A stretch of 64,000 bases of DNA from Tubiluchus corallicola (GCA_030141605.1 JAQGDQ010000066.1:186001-250000), one strand, 5' to 3'; positions 21,610 to 35,420 are shown, numbered from the stretch's first letter. The notes: generated by a model from the sequence alone, not told the origin. Numbers and translations: made by a program.

Positions 21610-23376
21610 TTTCTCTTAATTGCAGATCTGACACTTGTTGCCTCCTGCATGCCAATGAAACAAAAAAAAATATTATGCACAATCAATATTATTTGAATTT
21701 CGACATGCATAACAGCGACTTCTAAATAAACATCTCAAACATGTCATGAACTACAGCCAAAATCTATCACTCGAAAACAAATGGCAATAATTTTATACAA
21801 TATTCTCAAGGAAGCTTTAGTATGACCTTGCTGCTAATGTGATGTGGTTCATTATCTTTTGAGAATATTTCTTCACGTGATTATGATATGTATATGCATA
21901 AAATACAACTACTAGCACTATCTACAGTTCACTGATATTGCTACCTAGTAAAATCATTACTGAGCTAGTGTACCTTTAAGTTAAATGAAGCCACTGAAAA
22001 GAATTAAATGTACTGAATGTGTCCTAGGAGCAAAAATCAATAATACTTGGCTAATATAAATTAACTTATTGCAGATTTTCCTCCTTAAATCTATGTGATA
22101 TCTGTCTAATTAAAGGTAAATGACAATTATTCACAGTAATGTTATTTTTGTAGCTATACAATTTATATACAATCACTTGTACTATTATTTAACAGGCATG
22201 GCTGCTTTTAACAAAACTCCTCATATTTTGATCATAAAATGCTTTAATGCACATTTATTAAAATTAATGCCAGCCATCTTTGCTCTAGCTATTGGTTCAG
22301 CAAGCATATTCTCCAGCAATGGATCACTTTTCCATTTTTGTCAAACTTTCATTTGTTTTTGCAGTTTTTCCACTTTATTTCTTTTGAATTTTTGTCAATT
22401 TTCCCTAGTGATCAGTTGAAAGCATTTGGATTCTAATGCTCTGCCTCTGACATAAAACTGCCTTAGAATACCTGAATGCAAAGTCCAGCATAAATGCAGT
22501 TTTTTCATCTATTTTAAGCTAGCTATGTACACTTGCTGAGAAACATGCTTCTAGTTCTGTTATTTCAAAAATGTAAATGCAAACAAAGTGACTGGTAGTT
22601 GATGTTACTAGCTAGCCAACACAGTACAGTCAGTTCAATTTTATCATGATAATTATGTGGGTTTCATCTTTGTGTAGATTTAGGCCAGCAATAGGTCGTA
22701 CATCACATGATAATAAAATCTAGATTACAGCTCGCTTATGAATGTTTGTAGCACTTTTAACTTAGGTTGGAGATGGCTTCTTTGTAAAGAACTATAGTAA
22801 CACAAATGAAATTTCAATGTCCAGAAACTGCCTTTAAGGTATCATTAAAAAAGAAAAAATGTAGCAAAATTTAAAGGAGGATTTGCTCCATTGTACCTGT
22901 ATTATTGTGAAAATATGAGCTTGCTGATATAATATTATATGATAGACAAAATTAATAATATAAATAAACATGTTGCACAAGCTAACATGAAATTATAACA
23001 GCAAAAAGCAAAACATAAATGGAGTCATTAGAGAGAAATCAAATTCGGTACTTTCAGGTTTTGAATATTGGTCTCCTGCACTAACAGAAGCTTGTAAATT
23101 GTAATCTGGTCACCTCTCTTTAGGTAGCAAAAAATCAAGGAAAACACCAATACTAGACGGCAGTAGAAGTATCTACATAGATATAAGATTTTTGCTTTCT
23201 CCCATACTATTTGTACAATTATTCTTTAACTTTCATGCAAGGAGATGTGACTAGCCAAATCTAATCTAGAAAAACCAAAAACTTCTAACCACTTAACCTA
23301 CCCTATTACTATAATAAAACATATAGGCCATTAACTATATGATTCAGCTTCCTAGATGTCCTGATTCTATATAAAG

Positions 23377-23830
23377 TACAAGGCATTTGTCCGTCCTATT
23401 CTTGACTACGGTGATGTCATATGGAATCCATCTAGACTGAATGCTATAAGGAAAGTGGAATCAGTCCAACGTAAAGCTACAAAATTAGTTACTGCCATGA
23501 GTAAACTGACGTATTCAGAACGGTTAGGAATTTGAAAAACTCTCATTGAGATTTTGAAGGAAGAGAGGCGATTTAATCCGGATGTTTTGCATCAAGAACA
23601 ATCTGACTAAGCTACAGCTTGGTCGTTATTTTGCTGATGAATAATCTATGAGGTACTGGATTTAAAGTTATTAAGCCAAGACGCAGAAACAGGAACAGGT
23701 TTATGTTCAAGACAGTCAATGATTGGGATTCATTAAATACTAAGGTATGGTGTGCCAATGATGCTTCACACTTTAAGTCACAACTGGATCAGCATTAGGA
23801 AAACCATCCTGAATGGACACTAATATAATA
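23377..23830 (+). mobile_element. 5'-truncated, decayed CR1-clade LINE (RT C-terminal region)
   Basis: Translates YKAFVRPILDYGDVIWNPSRLNAIRKVESVQRKATKLVTAMSKLTYSERLGI*...RKRGDLIRMF, typical of the CR1 ORF2 end; has stops and frameshifts. Confidence 0.82.
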
Positions 23831-24188
23831 GCGGAGAATTAAAGACTTCCACTCGACTATGAGATAGCATTAAATGTTACAGTGTTCCGGATCCACAGCA
23901 TTATGTGTGCCATTAAATATTGCAAACATGGGCAAAAAGCTATTAGCTTCGTCCCAATCATCGAAGGTAGTGATGAAGCACTACCCCATTTGGAAGTAGC
24001 AATTAACAAGTTACGGAAAAATGCGAGCTCCAAATCATGAACAAGCATAAACGCTTTAAAATTTAATACTATTGTAATTGCAATTTATTATGTCATACAA
24101 ATAAAATTTTATTACAAAATAAAAAGACAAATAGTCTTATTAATATCATCTCTTAAGCAAGCAACAACAGACAATGGAGACCATATAC

Positions 24189-24345
24189 CATTAACTGCGA
24201 AAAGCAATGTTTTGCCTCGAGACACAGCTGTCAGGCGCAGAGTACGCCACTAGCCGAAGTAGGACACTACCGCTAAAGCGCATGTGCTAAACTTGCGGAA
24301 AAGCAGTGTCGTACAAGCGCAACCCAAGTACTTAGCAGCGATATC
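24189..24345 (-). promoter_or_regulatory. Candidate TGS1 promoter and non-coding first exon
   Basis: CpG-rich patch upstream of the ATG exon. Minus-strand donor ATG|gtatat at 24188 and an acceptor (atgcag) ~35 nt upstream of the start codon at 21645. Inference only. Confidence 0.4.
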
Positions 24346-24929
24346 TATCGATAACCAAGAATTATGACATAATAAAACATAAAACTAAATTTGTTTTGAA
24401 AAAAAATAACTAAGAAGAAAAGGGTACTTAGCTCGCTAGCCCTTTTACTTAGTAGAAAACAATTATATGTCCAAGAGGTAGTGAAACTGATCACCTGTCT
24501 ATGAAGTGAGACAAAATAAATAAATGACATACTTTAAGTAATTGTTGGAATCGCCTAAAAGCGGGCTTATTTCACTTCAAAAAGATTAATATCGAAGCCA
24601 AATTTAATACTGGCCGTTCTACTAGCTCAGGATAAGATTATTTTATTTTGTCGCATGTATAACAAATTATTCAACGTGTATTGACGTTTTCAATTATTAT
24701 TATTAAATAAACAAAGATATCAGGCGCTGTCTCTACTTAGGTTAGCCGACATACGCCAATTATCCTACTTTGGCTAGTGTCCTACTCTGCTCTCAACAAC
24801 AACGACGAAATTAGAAAGCGGAAATCTTTGAATACTACTTAAACAGTACACCAATAAAGCCTTGGTTTGGCTGTCTCGCGCATAGTTATACGGACATATT
24901 TGCCCGTCGTAACGGATTTTAAAACCTGT

Positions 24930-25340
24930 GCTGGTATTTATACTGTCTATACTGAAACAGGTCACTCAGTGGTTGTTATGAATATCAACATTTTATGGTC
25001 CTGAAACGACGAGAAAATTTTATTTGGATAAATTGAAAGACAACAATGTGAAAAAAGAATATCAAAGAAAAATCAATGTTCGAAGCACTTCAACAAAAAA
25101 TGAACAACACTACTTCACATTCCAAATGGACAGATGCTATGACAGTAATCAGAAAGCAGCTGAAGAAATTGTTAGTTATAAAAGAAAAACAATATCAGGC
25201 AGGTAGGCACATATCAAATGATGAACTTGAAAACCTCACATGGAATAAGAAAATTACTGAAGGTTGAATTTTCGTTTTGCAAAAATTTATCAGAAAATCA
25301 ATTTGGTAGAGAGAAAAAGAAATAGCATAATGAATCAGAA
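24930..25340 (+). mobile_element. Decayed RTE-like LINE fragment (endonuclease-RT linker)
   Basis: LDKLKDNNVKKEYQRKIN...KAAEEIVSYKRK...ISNDELENL resembles the linker of RTE/APE LINE ORFs; broken by frameshifts. Confidence 0.45.
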
Positions 25341-26339
25341 CCACAGTTGCAAAAAATCAGTAGAAGATGGCTAAAGTATGCTCACTTGCAGAGGAAATAT
25401 GCATCTGGATCTTTCAGAGTCATCACATTCTACAGAATTAGAAAATTAATAAACAGCTGAATATAAAAACTGAAAAGCGGATTATATTTAAATACCCAAA
25501 ATGGTTCAAGAGATCTGGAAATTATTTATCTATGTTCAAGAACGTTTTCTTGTCCCGTCTTAACCGTTAACACCTTTTGTCTAACTATTAACAGTTATAC
25601 AGCTTTTTGTATACAATAATTGTAAGGTAAATAAATTGGCTCCTCCATGCTGGCTTCCTCCGTGTTTACGTTATTTTTATCTCTATTTTTTAGCTTGAAT
25701 CAAACTCGTAACCATTTAGAGGCTGGAGTAATAACTGAAAAATAATTTAGCACTATAAGCCGAACAAAAATGCAAATTTACAGTATTTGTTGAAACTGCT
25801 GTGTACGAACGGTCAAAGTGTGCATTTCTCCCCAGCTGCTTACCTACAGTCAAATAGCATGGACTGATGTCAGCTAGAGACCATTCAAGTAAGACTGCCT
25901 GGTTAATTCTTTATTTTTTTCGTAAAGAACAATGCTTTATTGCTTCCAGTAATGTTTTCCCATAGCTCAGTGTTACAATTTGTTGTTAACTTTTGATAAC
26001 AAATAAACTTAACTCAAGTTGTATTATAATGTAGCATCCTTGTAAAGCACGCTTTGTAACTTGTACATATTTATATTTTGCTTGTTAAAAATGATAACCT
26101 TCCTCTTTTGTCTGTATCGAGATCTAATTTCAAGTGACCAGATGTATGATGGTAGTTGCTTTTTCACGGAATTTTAGTATTAAGTGTCAGTGCCGAAAAC
26201 ACGTCCTTGCAATCGTCTCAAAGCATGTCTGCCTAGTTGGGACAACTAATGAGGGTTCTTTAGTTTAAAATAATTTAAAAGTGCGCATTATTAATTCATA
26301 ATCTTTAATGGTCTGGGAATTCCGATTGAAAAGTAAAAT

Positions 26340-26525
26340 CTGGGAGCGGTAGTCACGTGGTTGTTGTGTATTATCGACCAGACTGCCCCTCTAGATGAAG
26401 CCAGACTGTCCCAGTTTTCGTGATAGTCAATCTTTTATTTACTGATGTGAAATAGTGAGTTTAAATTGATAGCCAACCACACACTGTAACCAATCAGCTC
26501 TTCCCTTCGCTTTAAGTCAGTGATG
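26340..26525 (+). promoter_or_regulatory. Promoter/first-exon-like segment divergent from TGS1
   Basis: E-box GTCACGTGG (~26352), donor-like ATA|GTGAGT (26455), CCAATCAG (~26489), Inr-like TCAGT (~26517); T-rich sense-strand skew follows. Confidence 0.35.
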
Positions 26526-29500
26526 ATCACTTGTTTGCTTTTATTCACATTTCTTTTGCTTTTATGGCTTCAATGCTGTTTTTTCTCTCGTTTTTGTTGA
26601 ACCATGATTGTTTACTTATATGCGTGTATGAACTGGATTTTATTTATAAACTTATTTGGGACAGTCATTGGGATTACATTATATTAGCCTTTGAAATGCA
26701 GTGAAATATAAGCATTCAGGTTGATTGTGTACCTTCTTTCTGTTAGAGTAGCTGCGCACTTTTATGACCCGCCAATGTATGAATAATTCAAAGACTTGGT
26801 TAACATGGTTTACTACTAATTTTGAAATATTCTAAGTACTTTACTTTTATACTAGGTCCATGTTTCTGGATAATGTTGCTTTTCCTTGAACATGTTCATC
26901 ATCACAACGTGTTCTTCATTTTGTCGAATGAATGTGACGTTGTTGCTTGAACTCTGTGCAACGTGCTTACACGTTATGTCCAACTGTGTCCAATAGGGAT
27001 CCACAATGTAATTTGTAGGTTATAGTTTTGAAAATCTGTTGATTTACGCCTGATTGAGGTGCAAAATGTTTACAGTCCTATAACAGCATTGAGCACAGTG
27101 AAAAAATAACGTGAAACCTGATCTTGTACGTCATTACTGTCAAGCTTCAATTTTCGATGTCATTGTAAACACTATCATTCAAAAAATCAGAGATTGCATA
27201 TCATTTGATGCTGATAGTGCTTTGTGTAACACTGTGGCGGGTGGCATGCTGTTACTTTATCAGCTGTAGATTACACATAAATTAACTGTTTGTGCTATTT
27301 ATAGTTATCATGTATCAACTCAAAAAAATTAGCTGCTTTTTTGTGATAACGTGCGTCTGTGTATGTGTGTTTTAGCTACGTTATCTAGTGATACCTGGAG
27401 TTTGTCGTTTTTGCTTGGATGTAGGTGCACATTCAGCATTGCATCATGCTGCCATCTTTAGTGTAAATTTACGATCAAACAACTGATTTATAAAAGCTGG
27501 GTCAAGCCGTCAAAATTCATATCCTGGCTGCACAGACGATTGTATTTAAAATCTAGTCTAGACTACAGTTGCATATTTTCTAGATACATGATTATTTACT
27601 GGTGCATATTTTCTAGACATGTCACATGAGCTCTGTACTATGTAGCACAAAATATCCTTATTCATTTTCTTCGAACTTGATTTGAAAAATCAAATCCTGA
27701 AAAATGTTTTGAGATTTTTATTCGTATATTAATTGGTATCACAATTTTAAAAATTTACAAGTTTGTCATTAATTTGATAAAAATCCACAATCTGTCCATA
27801 ATTTGGGGTAATATGTTTGTGATGTTAGTCGTGCATACTTTATAAACTTTATAAGCACTTAATTTCTGGTTTTCTAGAACTTTTTGGGAATTTCTGTAGG
27901 GATGCAGGACTTCACTTTGCCAGTCCATCTTCGTATTTTATGTTGCAGTGTCAATGTAAGAGAAATCAGGATTTTCTTCAAAAATTGTCATTGAATTGTT
28001 ACAAATTTTCTCATGTGCATTTAGTTACAGGTAGCTGTAGATATAATAATTTTCTGTGTAATTAACAGCATGAGTACAGTATAATTACGAAGTGTACTGT
28101 ATTAAGTTTACTATCATTAACCGTCATTAGGCAAAAATGTTGCAGGCTTTACTGTCTTGTGTTAAAATTTTCTCTGTGTTTAGAAATTGTCTAGCTAGCA
28201 ATACTACTGTTTAGTTTTAAATTTGTTCTTTCCAGTGGAAGTGCATGTATAGATTTCAGAATAGTGCAATTTTTGTGCGATAATAATGTTATGTATTCTT
28301 TGACTACAGTTCGTTTTATAAACTGCATTATAAAAACAAATACGCTTGCAAGTTGTTCAATAATTATTGATGGTTATATTCGATTCATTTTCTAATCTGC
28401 ATTTTTTTGTATTGAAATTTGAAATTGGTGACTTTAATGTTCAGTGATAACAGAGTTTGTGTTGTATCCAGTATAAGGACAAAAGTGATACTTCTATTTG
28501 TGCACCAAATGGCATTTTTTGTTGTAACTATTTACACTTTTTGTGCATGTATGCTTGTGCATGTGTTTTGGTTTATATTCTGCCTATATGTATAATTTCT
28601 AACATTACCATTTGCTATTTTTTGCTATGCGTTGCTTTAGCAATTTAGCATGGTGACAGTGGTGTTCAATAAACAGGAGAATTAAATACTACGTGATGTC
28701 ACCTCTTAGCCTGTGTTGTATTCTACTGTGTTCTTTGTAAATTTATAAGTAAATGCTGTCTTTATCAGGTTCACTCTAGTTTTGTTAGCAGCCTTTTCCC
28801 ACTCATTGACAACTTTGTTGATATCTACATATCTCTGTTTATCTGTGCAGGACCGCGTAATTAACTGTGTGTGTAAGCTGAATCTGGTAGCTGACAGTAC
28901 CTCTATGGTTTTTATCTGGCACACATTTTGTGCAATATGGCTTCTGTTTTGCAGCTTCTCTCTGGCCAGTTAACCCGGTTCTAAATTTGGCTCTTGCACT
29001 GATACTTGATCTATACACCAATGTTTGCCCCGAATGCCTCTACCACTGTTTCTATTTCGGTTCAGTGCCATGCTTTGCATCCTTTTCTATTCGGATTAGG
29101 CTTGATCTGTATATAAAAGTTTGTGAAATTTGGTGTTTTGTAACTACTTTGTTGTTTTGCTCTGTGGGGTTTTTTAATCTTGTTATAGCAAGTGAAACGA
29201 TTCAGCTAAACGTCTAATAGTTACAGCATATAAGTAAGTATTATGTGAATGCTTTTTTATCATTCAGCGCCTGTAGAATAGGCGTTCCTTAGAATTCTAG
29301 ACATTTCTTTTCATGTTTTCACTGAATTAAGTAGCCAACAAAGTTTTTGCTTGCTTGCTTCGAAATGTGAAATTTTAATAAACTTGATCAATTAATTTCT
29401 TTCCCCAAATTAGCTGTGCCTTTCAGTTCTCTATTTAAGTTTATTGTTCTGATAGCAATCGTTTTTACGTACATCTTGAAGGTTGTGGCATTCGTACAAA

Positions 29501-32500
29501 CATCACACTGTTGAATAAGGAAATACAGTCCGGTGAAAATTATCAAAATATAATAAAGTAATTATAATTTGCTTTTATATGCCTATGTAATCTACAAAAA
29601 GACGTAATCTTTATGTGCATTTATTAAAGGAATTGGGTAAATTATCGAAATCTGCATTATTGTGATTGCTATGCCACATAAAATTAACATGTTATGCAAA
29701 ACATGAGATGGTCGTGTGCAGGATGTCTTAAAACCAATCACGTGTATTATTTTTCTTTAGTGCAGACATTTTATTAAGTTATTCATTATAATTATAGGTT
29801 ATTCAGCTATTGACACCTATTGATAATGGATTTAATTCAGTTTTTTAAATCCATCCATTTTTCTATGTTACTTATAGAACATTAGAAATAATGATTTGTC
29901 TGGCTTCTCATCACTCTAGGTAGGAATAGAGTATCTTAGAGACCATGCAAATTTAACACAATCTTTTCTTTTGTCTTTAGACACATTACAAAACATGCAT
30001 ACTATTAAAATAATACGATAAATATGATAAGTATTGGCACTGCTGACATAAAATTCTGCAGATTTGATTTCTTGCGTTGGCCTGAATACTAACATTTGTG
30101 GAGCTGGTTAGGGGATTTTCGAAGAACATTCTAGACCGCAGAAGACCACTTAAGTGGATCCGGTTTAATAATTTCAGTTTTCTTACAAAGTCTAGCGTCA
30201 TAAAAAATCGATAACAAATAGTCTATTATTTTTATAAACTTTCCTGTTAAAGTAGCATCGGCTGTTATGTCGCTCATTGATAGCAGTCTTCGCGAGTTGC
30301 ACACCATTTATCTGACGGTATTAAGAGCATCATTGTCTGCAGAACGAGTTTTCCAATCCGCCGCATCATCGGTGAATGATCATTTTCGGCGAATTTGAAC
30401 AAAATCTTTCCCGAAAGTGCCTGCGTAAAAGTACCATCAAGCGAGCAAGAATGTCTGCAGCATTAGTGGCTTCTTCTAGCCATTGGTGCGCTCGTTTAAT
30501 GGTTATTTGTTAGCTTTGCTGACTTTGGAAAGAAAGTTCATGTTTTCACTTGTCAGCTTTTCACTGCAGTCAGTTGTTTTTACGATAGGTAGTGGTTGTC
30601 TCGTTATTGCGTTTTAGTGATACAGTAATGAAACTAAAGTTAGTAACAGCTTTATAAATGTGGTAATAAATTTCTGATTTTACAACAATAAGAATCTTGG
30701 TAGACGCCATGCACATAGATAGAACAAAACAGCAACAGTTGTCTTACTTGTCTAACATCTTCATTCAATAGTATGTGTAAGAGTTTCTTGAATAAACTTG
30801 ACTAAAAAGGAAGTAATGTTGCACTTTTTAAACAAAACAGCTATGCAAGCTCAGCTTTTGAAGTTATAAAGATTTTGGCTATCTCTGAAGCAATCATGGT
30901 TTTTAATTTCCTCTTTGACTGACAAAAGTATTATGCATGTCTGCATGTATTACGTATTAGACAAACGTCTGGATTTGGTATCCCATTTCACCGATGGCCA
31001 ATTGTGCTACACTGAAACAAAAGTAACATTTACAAACTTTAGACAATGAGGGTTTAGTGAATGAGTGGATTAGTGATTATACAGTACGTAATTCTCTAAC
31101 AAGACTTTATAACTGTTGTATAATACTTGCATTTGTTTCAATATTACGTTACTGTCAATTTAATTTGCTCAGAACACCCTTTAATCCGTCTTTATGGCTT
31201 TAGTATTGGGCACTTTTGCGCTTTAGCAAATTTAAAGTCTATTATATAGCATGATTTCACGAAGTTAGTAATGAACATTGATGATCCTGGTTTCTTTAAG
31301 TTTTTTATTATGCTTTCAGAATTTATCCCGTGAGTTAGCTCTAAAAAACAAACCCTAAACGGTGTTAAATTAAATCCGATTTAATGTGATATTTTAACGC
31401 AGTATAAAAGTATTCAGTGAAAAGTTTCACCAGGAATGGGTAGGAAAGCATTTTCTGCTTTAATTTACAGCTTTTTTATTTTTATACATTTAAGCACTGA
31501 TGTTGCAGATTTTTACGTTAAAAAATTCAAGGATAGTGCTGGCTAGCTATGTTTTGTACAAACTACCACCATCGCTCAAAACTGACCTTTTAAAACTGTC
31601 GTAGTACAACATTGGTAGTTTTTATTATGTGAATGTCACACCAATGTAATTTCTTGTTTTCTTATTTTTTATTTAAACACTCATGCACTCATATTGTTGA
31701 GTTATACAATAAAAGAGAAAGAAACGCATTTTTGACAGAAAATAATTATTTGATCTTTTTATGCGTTCAGATTTCAAGACATATTTTAACATAACCTGAT
31801 AGAAAATACATTTCAGAGAATACTCCACTGCGTCATTGTTCTGTGAACAGTTTACAAAGCACAGTTACAGTTACAAAATTCAAGTGGAACGGCTGAAAAA
31901 CCTCACGTTTGTTTGCCTACCCTTCAGAGTCCTTGCCGTCTCCTGGGATTTTTGTCTAGATTCTTTCGACTTTCGAGAAGGATCTACCGATTTCAATGGT
32001 TAATTTGTTTACAAGTTCTATTCTTGCCTCCAGCCTACAGCTTGAATAGCGCGCAGGAAAAGTCCATCCAGCTTCGTTAATTGGCAATTAAAGCATGCCT
32101 AAGCGTGCCTGTATTTATGAGAGCTATCGGACAATTTATTCTGTCTTAAAATGTCAGAGCTGTCGTGGTTGCGTGGGTTGTCAGTGCAGCGCTGTATTGT
32201 TTGAAAAGTTGTATGAGCGACATCCTACAGTGTTTGCTTAAAATTTGTGCAAAAGTGCGCCAGCGTTGCTTTCGGAATGTGATTTGAGTCGGACTTCAGT
32301 GTGATTGTTATTCTTGTGTACAACTTTCATCCATCTCATACATAATCTCACTCACATGTACACTGAGTCCCGCTTGGGTATCATAATGTGCGCGCAGGAC
32401 ATTTGCTTTATACCACAGTGCATAATCACTAAGTTCTGTGTTCAATCAAATTGTTGAATTGGTAGTGGGAAATTTCCTTTTGAGTTGCTATGTAGATTAT

Positions 32501-32763
32501 TGAGAGACTCTGCACATATTTTGGCCCGTTAAAATGTTGCCTCGTTGGCGCTGTTTTAATCCAAAAGTGCAGGAAAAATTGCATCCAACAGTTTTCGGAT
32601 TTGCTCAAGGGTGGGTGCTATTTGCGAAAATCGTGTTGATTTGGGATTGCCATATGAGTGATCTGTTGTTCTGCACATGAGTGAATGAAACTAGAAGATG
32701 CTAACACACAATAACATAAATTAATTGTTAATGACAAGAATAGTGACGATGTATGGAACCCGG

Positions 32764-32878
32764 AATTAAAAACAAGGAAAAAGGCAAAAAACACGATATT
32801 TCAAACCAACTTCTTCACCTGAAGATAACTTACAATCGTAGTTTGAAACGTTTTTCTTTCTTTTCCTTGCTTTTAATT
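32764..32878. repeat. Inverted duplication containing a Penelope-type hammerhead-like motif
   Basis: Arms AATTAAAAACAAGGAAAAAG...TTTCAAAC...TCTTCA / CTGAAGA-TAACT-loop-AGTTT-GAAACGTT...CTTTTCCTTGCTTTTAATT. Confidence 0.55.
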
Positions 32879-34318
32879 GTAGGATTTTTAAAGTCATTTC
32901 TAGATTATGCTGTTTTTATGTATAAGTAAATCAGTAAATTTTATTCTACTATATGTTCAATTTGTGTTACGTGACAGATTCAAAATAATTGTGTAATAGT
33001 TGTTTATTTGTATCTTACAAAAATAAAACATTTTTTCCTTATGTCCTAACTAAATCCACGTTCATCTCAGAGTTTGTGTAGTTGAGTACTTTATCAGCTG
33101 TTTATGCACCAGAAAAGTAATATTAAATTTCACTAAAAATACTTTTGAGGAAGTTTCTAAGTTATGTGTTTCTTCTTTATTGTTGGGAAGTTGTAGCATA
33201 CGAACAATGCAGAATTACTGATTTTTGTACACTGTATCTAGTAAAAAAAGTATATAAAAATATGTAAAAACCTTAATGAATGAACATTGATTTGAACCTG
33301 ACACTTTTGAAAATGATCATCTTAACAACTAAACCACTTGTTTTCCTTTAGCTGTAATGAAATCAGATTCTAAATTCTGTTTTTATTAATGTTTCTGCTC
33401 ACTAATTTGGTTCAATGTCCAAGACTAAGTACATGTTTCCAAGTGATCCAGTTCAGTTTCTCACTAATCTTTTCAGTTGAAATTTCATAATTGTTTGTTT
33501 ATTGGACTTTGTTGCTTAAATAAGGAATTTAATATGTGATTTAGTTCAGCTGCCTTGCATAACCAGCCGTTCATTATTACTTGTGTCAGGTTTATAGAAT
33601 GCCCGTAGAGGTATTTCCTCAAACGTTTCATGTAAAAATTAGTAGTTGACACACATTCCATTAGACAGGATTAGCTTGAATAGCCACATCTGTTATTGAA
33701 TCTGCAAGTTTTTCATGTTTATGTTCTGCATCAGGTTACACAGTGTGCCAGTTGGGCATAAATTAAACACAGCAACGCAGAATGCGCAGTAACTTCACGG
33801 CAAGGGAAAAATATGATTATTTGAAGATGCTTGAACACACCTTTGACATCAAAATAAACATTAAAGTATCAGATTTATTTGCTTTAACTGCATTTATTTA
33901 CAAGTTATTATAAGTGCATAATTTCTATTATACCTGGCTCAGATTCCGTATATTTTGCGGAGACTACACCGATTTGAAATGTGCAACATTAACTTTTTAA
34001 GTTCTTAGCATTTCAGGAGAGTTTCAAGTTAAAAAGTTTTCATTTCAAACGGTTTTTTTCAAAATTCTGGGAACATAGCTCTATTTGATTTCTGCATTGG
34101 CATTTTCTATACCAGTATGCAGCTGTTAGTATAAGTTAAGTGACTAATTTTTAGTGCTCTATTCACCCAGTTTAACTTTCTAGCTACCCTAGAGCACTGT
34201 GGCTTGACTGACTGTCTGGTAAATATTGGGGTTTGTGCTGTAAATGTTAACACATTTTGCTTCTCTATGCAGTTTTTATGTATCGTGTATTCACACCGTA
34301 ATAGTTCTTGTTTTTCAG

Positions 34319-34397
34319 GTCCTAGTCGCAGGTGGGTCCTATTACAGGACAATCATGGAGCGTGGAGACCCGTGAGTCAGCAAACCCTCTTAATCTG
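34319..34397 (+). other. Candidate 79-nt internal exon of an unannotated + strand transcript
   Basis: Strong acceptor TTCTTGTTTTTCAG| and donor CTG|GTAAGC flanking a GC-richer block; contains ATG GAG CGT GGA GAC CCG TGA. Confidence 0.4.
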
Positions 34398-34499
34398 GTA
34401 AGCTATTGTCATCACTAGGGTTCTTAAGAACTAGTAATTGTAATGATTTGTGTTTAAAGTCAAATCAACCTAACGACAAGTTGCACTTATAGTTTAGCT

Positions 34500-34636
34500 T
34501 GCACCAGACGCATTTGCCCAGAACAGTGTATGTTTTTTATATGAACTAACACTGATTGTCTGTCTTTTAATATGATGGTCAATGTTTTTAAAATGGCAAA
34601 TAAAGATTTTACTACTACTACTACTACTACTACTAC
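34500..34636 (+). mobile_element. Probable LINE 3' end with AATAAA and (ACT)n tail
   Basis: T-rich tract, aataaa at ~34599, then an ACT tandem run at 34611-34636. Confidence 0.4.
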
Positions 34637-34698
34637 ATTCGAAGCCCGAATCTTGCAGTTGCAGGTAGCGTGCTCTCCGGTTCGAGCTATTGGCGCTG
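34637..34698 (-). mobile_element. tRNA-derived SINE head
   Basis: Minus strand GCGCCAATAGCTCGAACCGGAGAGCACGC...GATTCGGGCTTCGAAT: A-box and B-box-like spacing; no full cloverleaf. Confidence 0.55.
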
Positions 34699-35329
34699 CA
34701 GTATAACTTCGCCCATTGTAGCCTTGTATGTGTTTGATTTACAGGAAGCTAGAAAACGTCCTGAAACTGTTTTTTTTAAACTTGAGAGGAATGAATTGAC
34801 TATTATACATATCTGACTTTTGTCATATTGCTGTAACTCTGTTGTTTTAATTTACGTAAAATTCGAACAAGGGAACACTTTTGCATGACCAGTAGTTATA
34901 TTACAAACTTGTTAATTCTCATTATAAAATTCTCTCTCGGGTTTAGCCATAGACCCGTTAATACTGGAGTTGCTGTTGACTGACTAAGCAAGAAAGCGTA
35001 CTTGCGTGTTGGCAGGCTGTTTTATAAACTGGAGAAAAATGCGTTCGCTGAAGTGTGTAGGAGAAATGGTTTAATAATTCATGGCAGAGCCAGCTCGTAT
35101 GCGCAGTTTATTCGTTTCTCAATCAAACCGTGAGCACCGAAGTATAATCGCTTGATTAAATGCAGGCTGGCTTGAACTTGAAAATAAATAATGTCATTGC
35201 TTTCATTATGTTCTACTAAGTGCTTAACGCATTAGGGGGAAGCCGTCAACTCCTAAGGTGACATTGTTTGTGAAGGAACTGAATAAACAACTGCCTGACT
35301 AGCTGGCTGACTTCTCGCTTAGTTATTAC

Positions 35330-35420
35330 TTGGGAGTGGTTACGGTATTTACGGCTCTTAGCTGCTAATCCAAAGATTCTGGATTCGAATACTGCTCATG
35401 TCGGAGCTGTTTTGGAGTAT
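35330..35420 (+). mobile_element. Decayed tRNA-derived SINE head
   Basis: ...gctgctaatccaaagattctggattcgaatactgc: anticodon-arm to B-box-like pattern. Confidence 0.4.
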
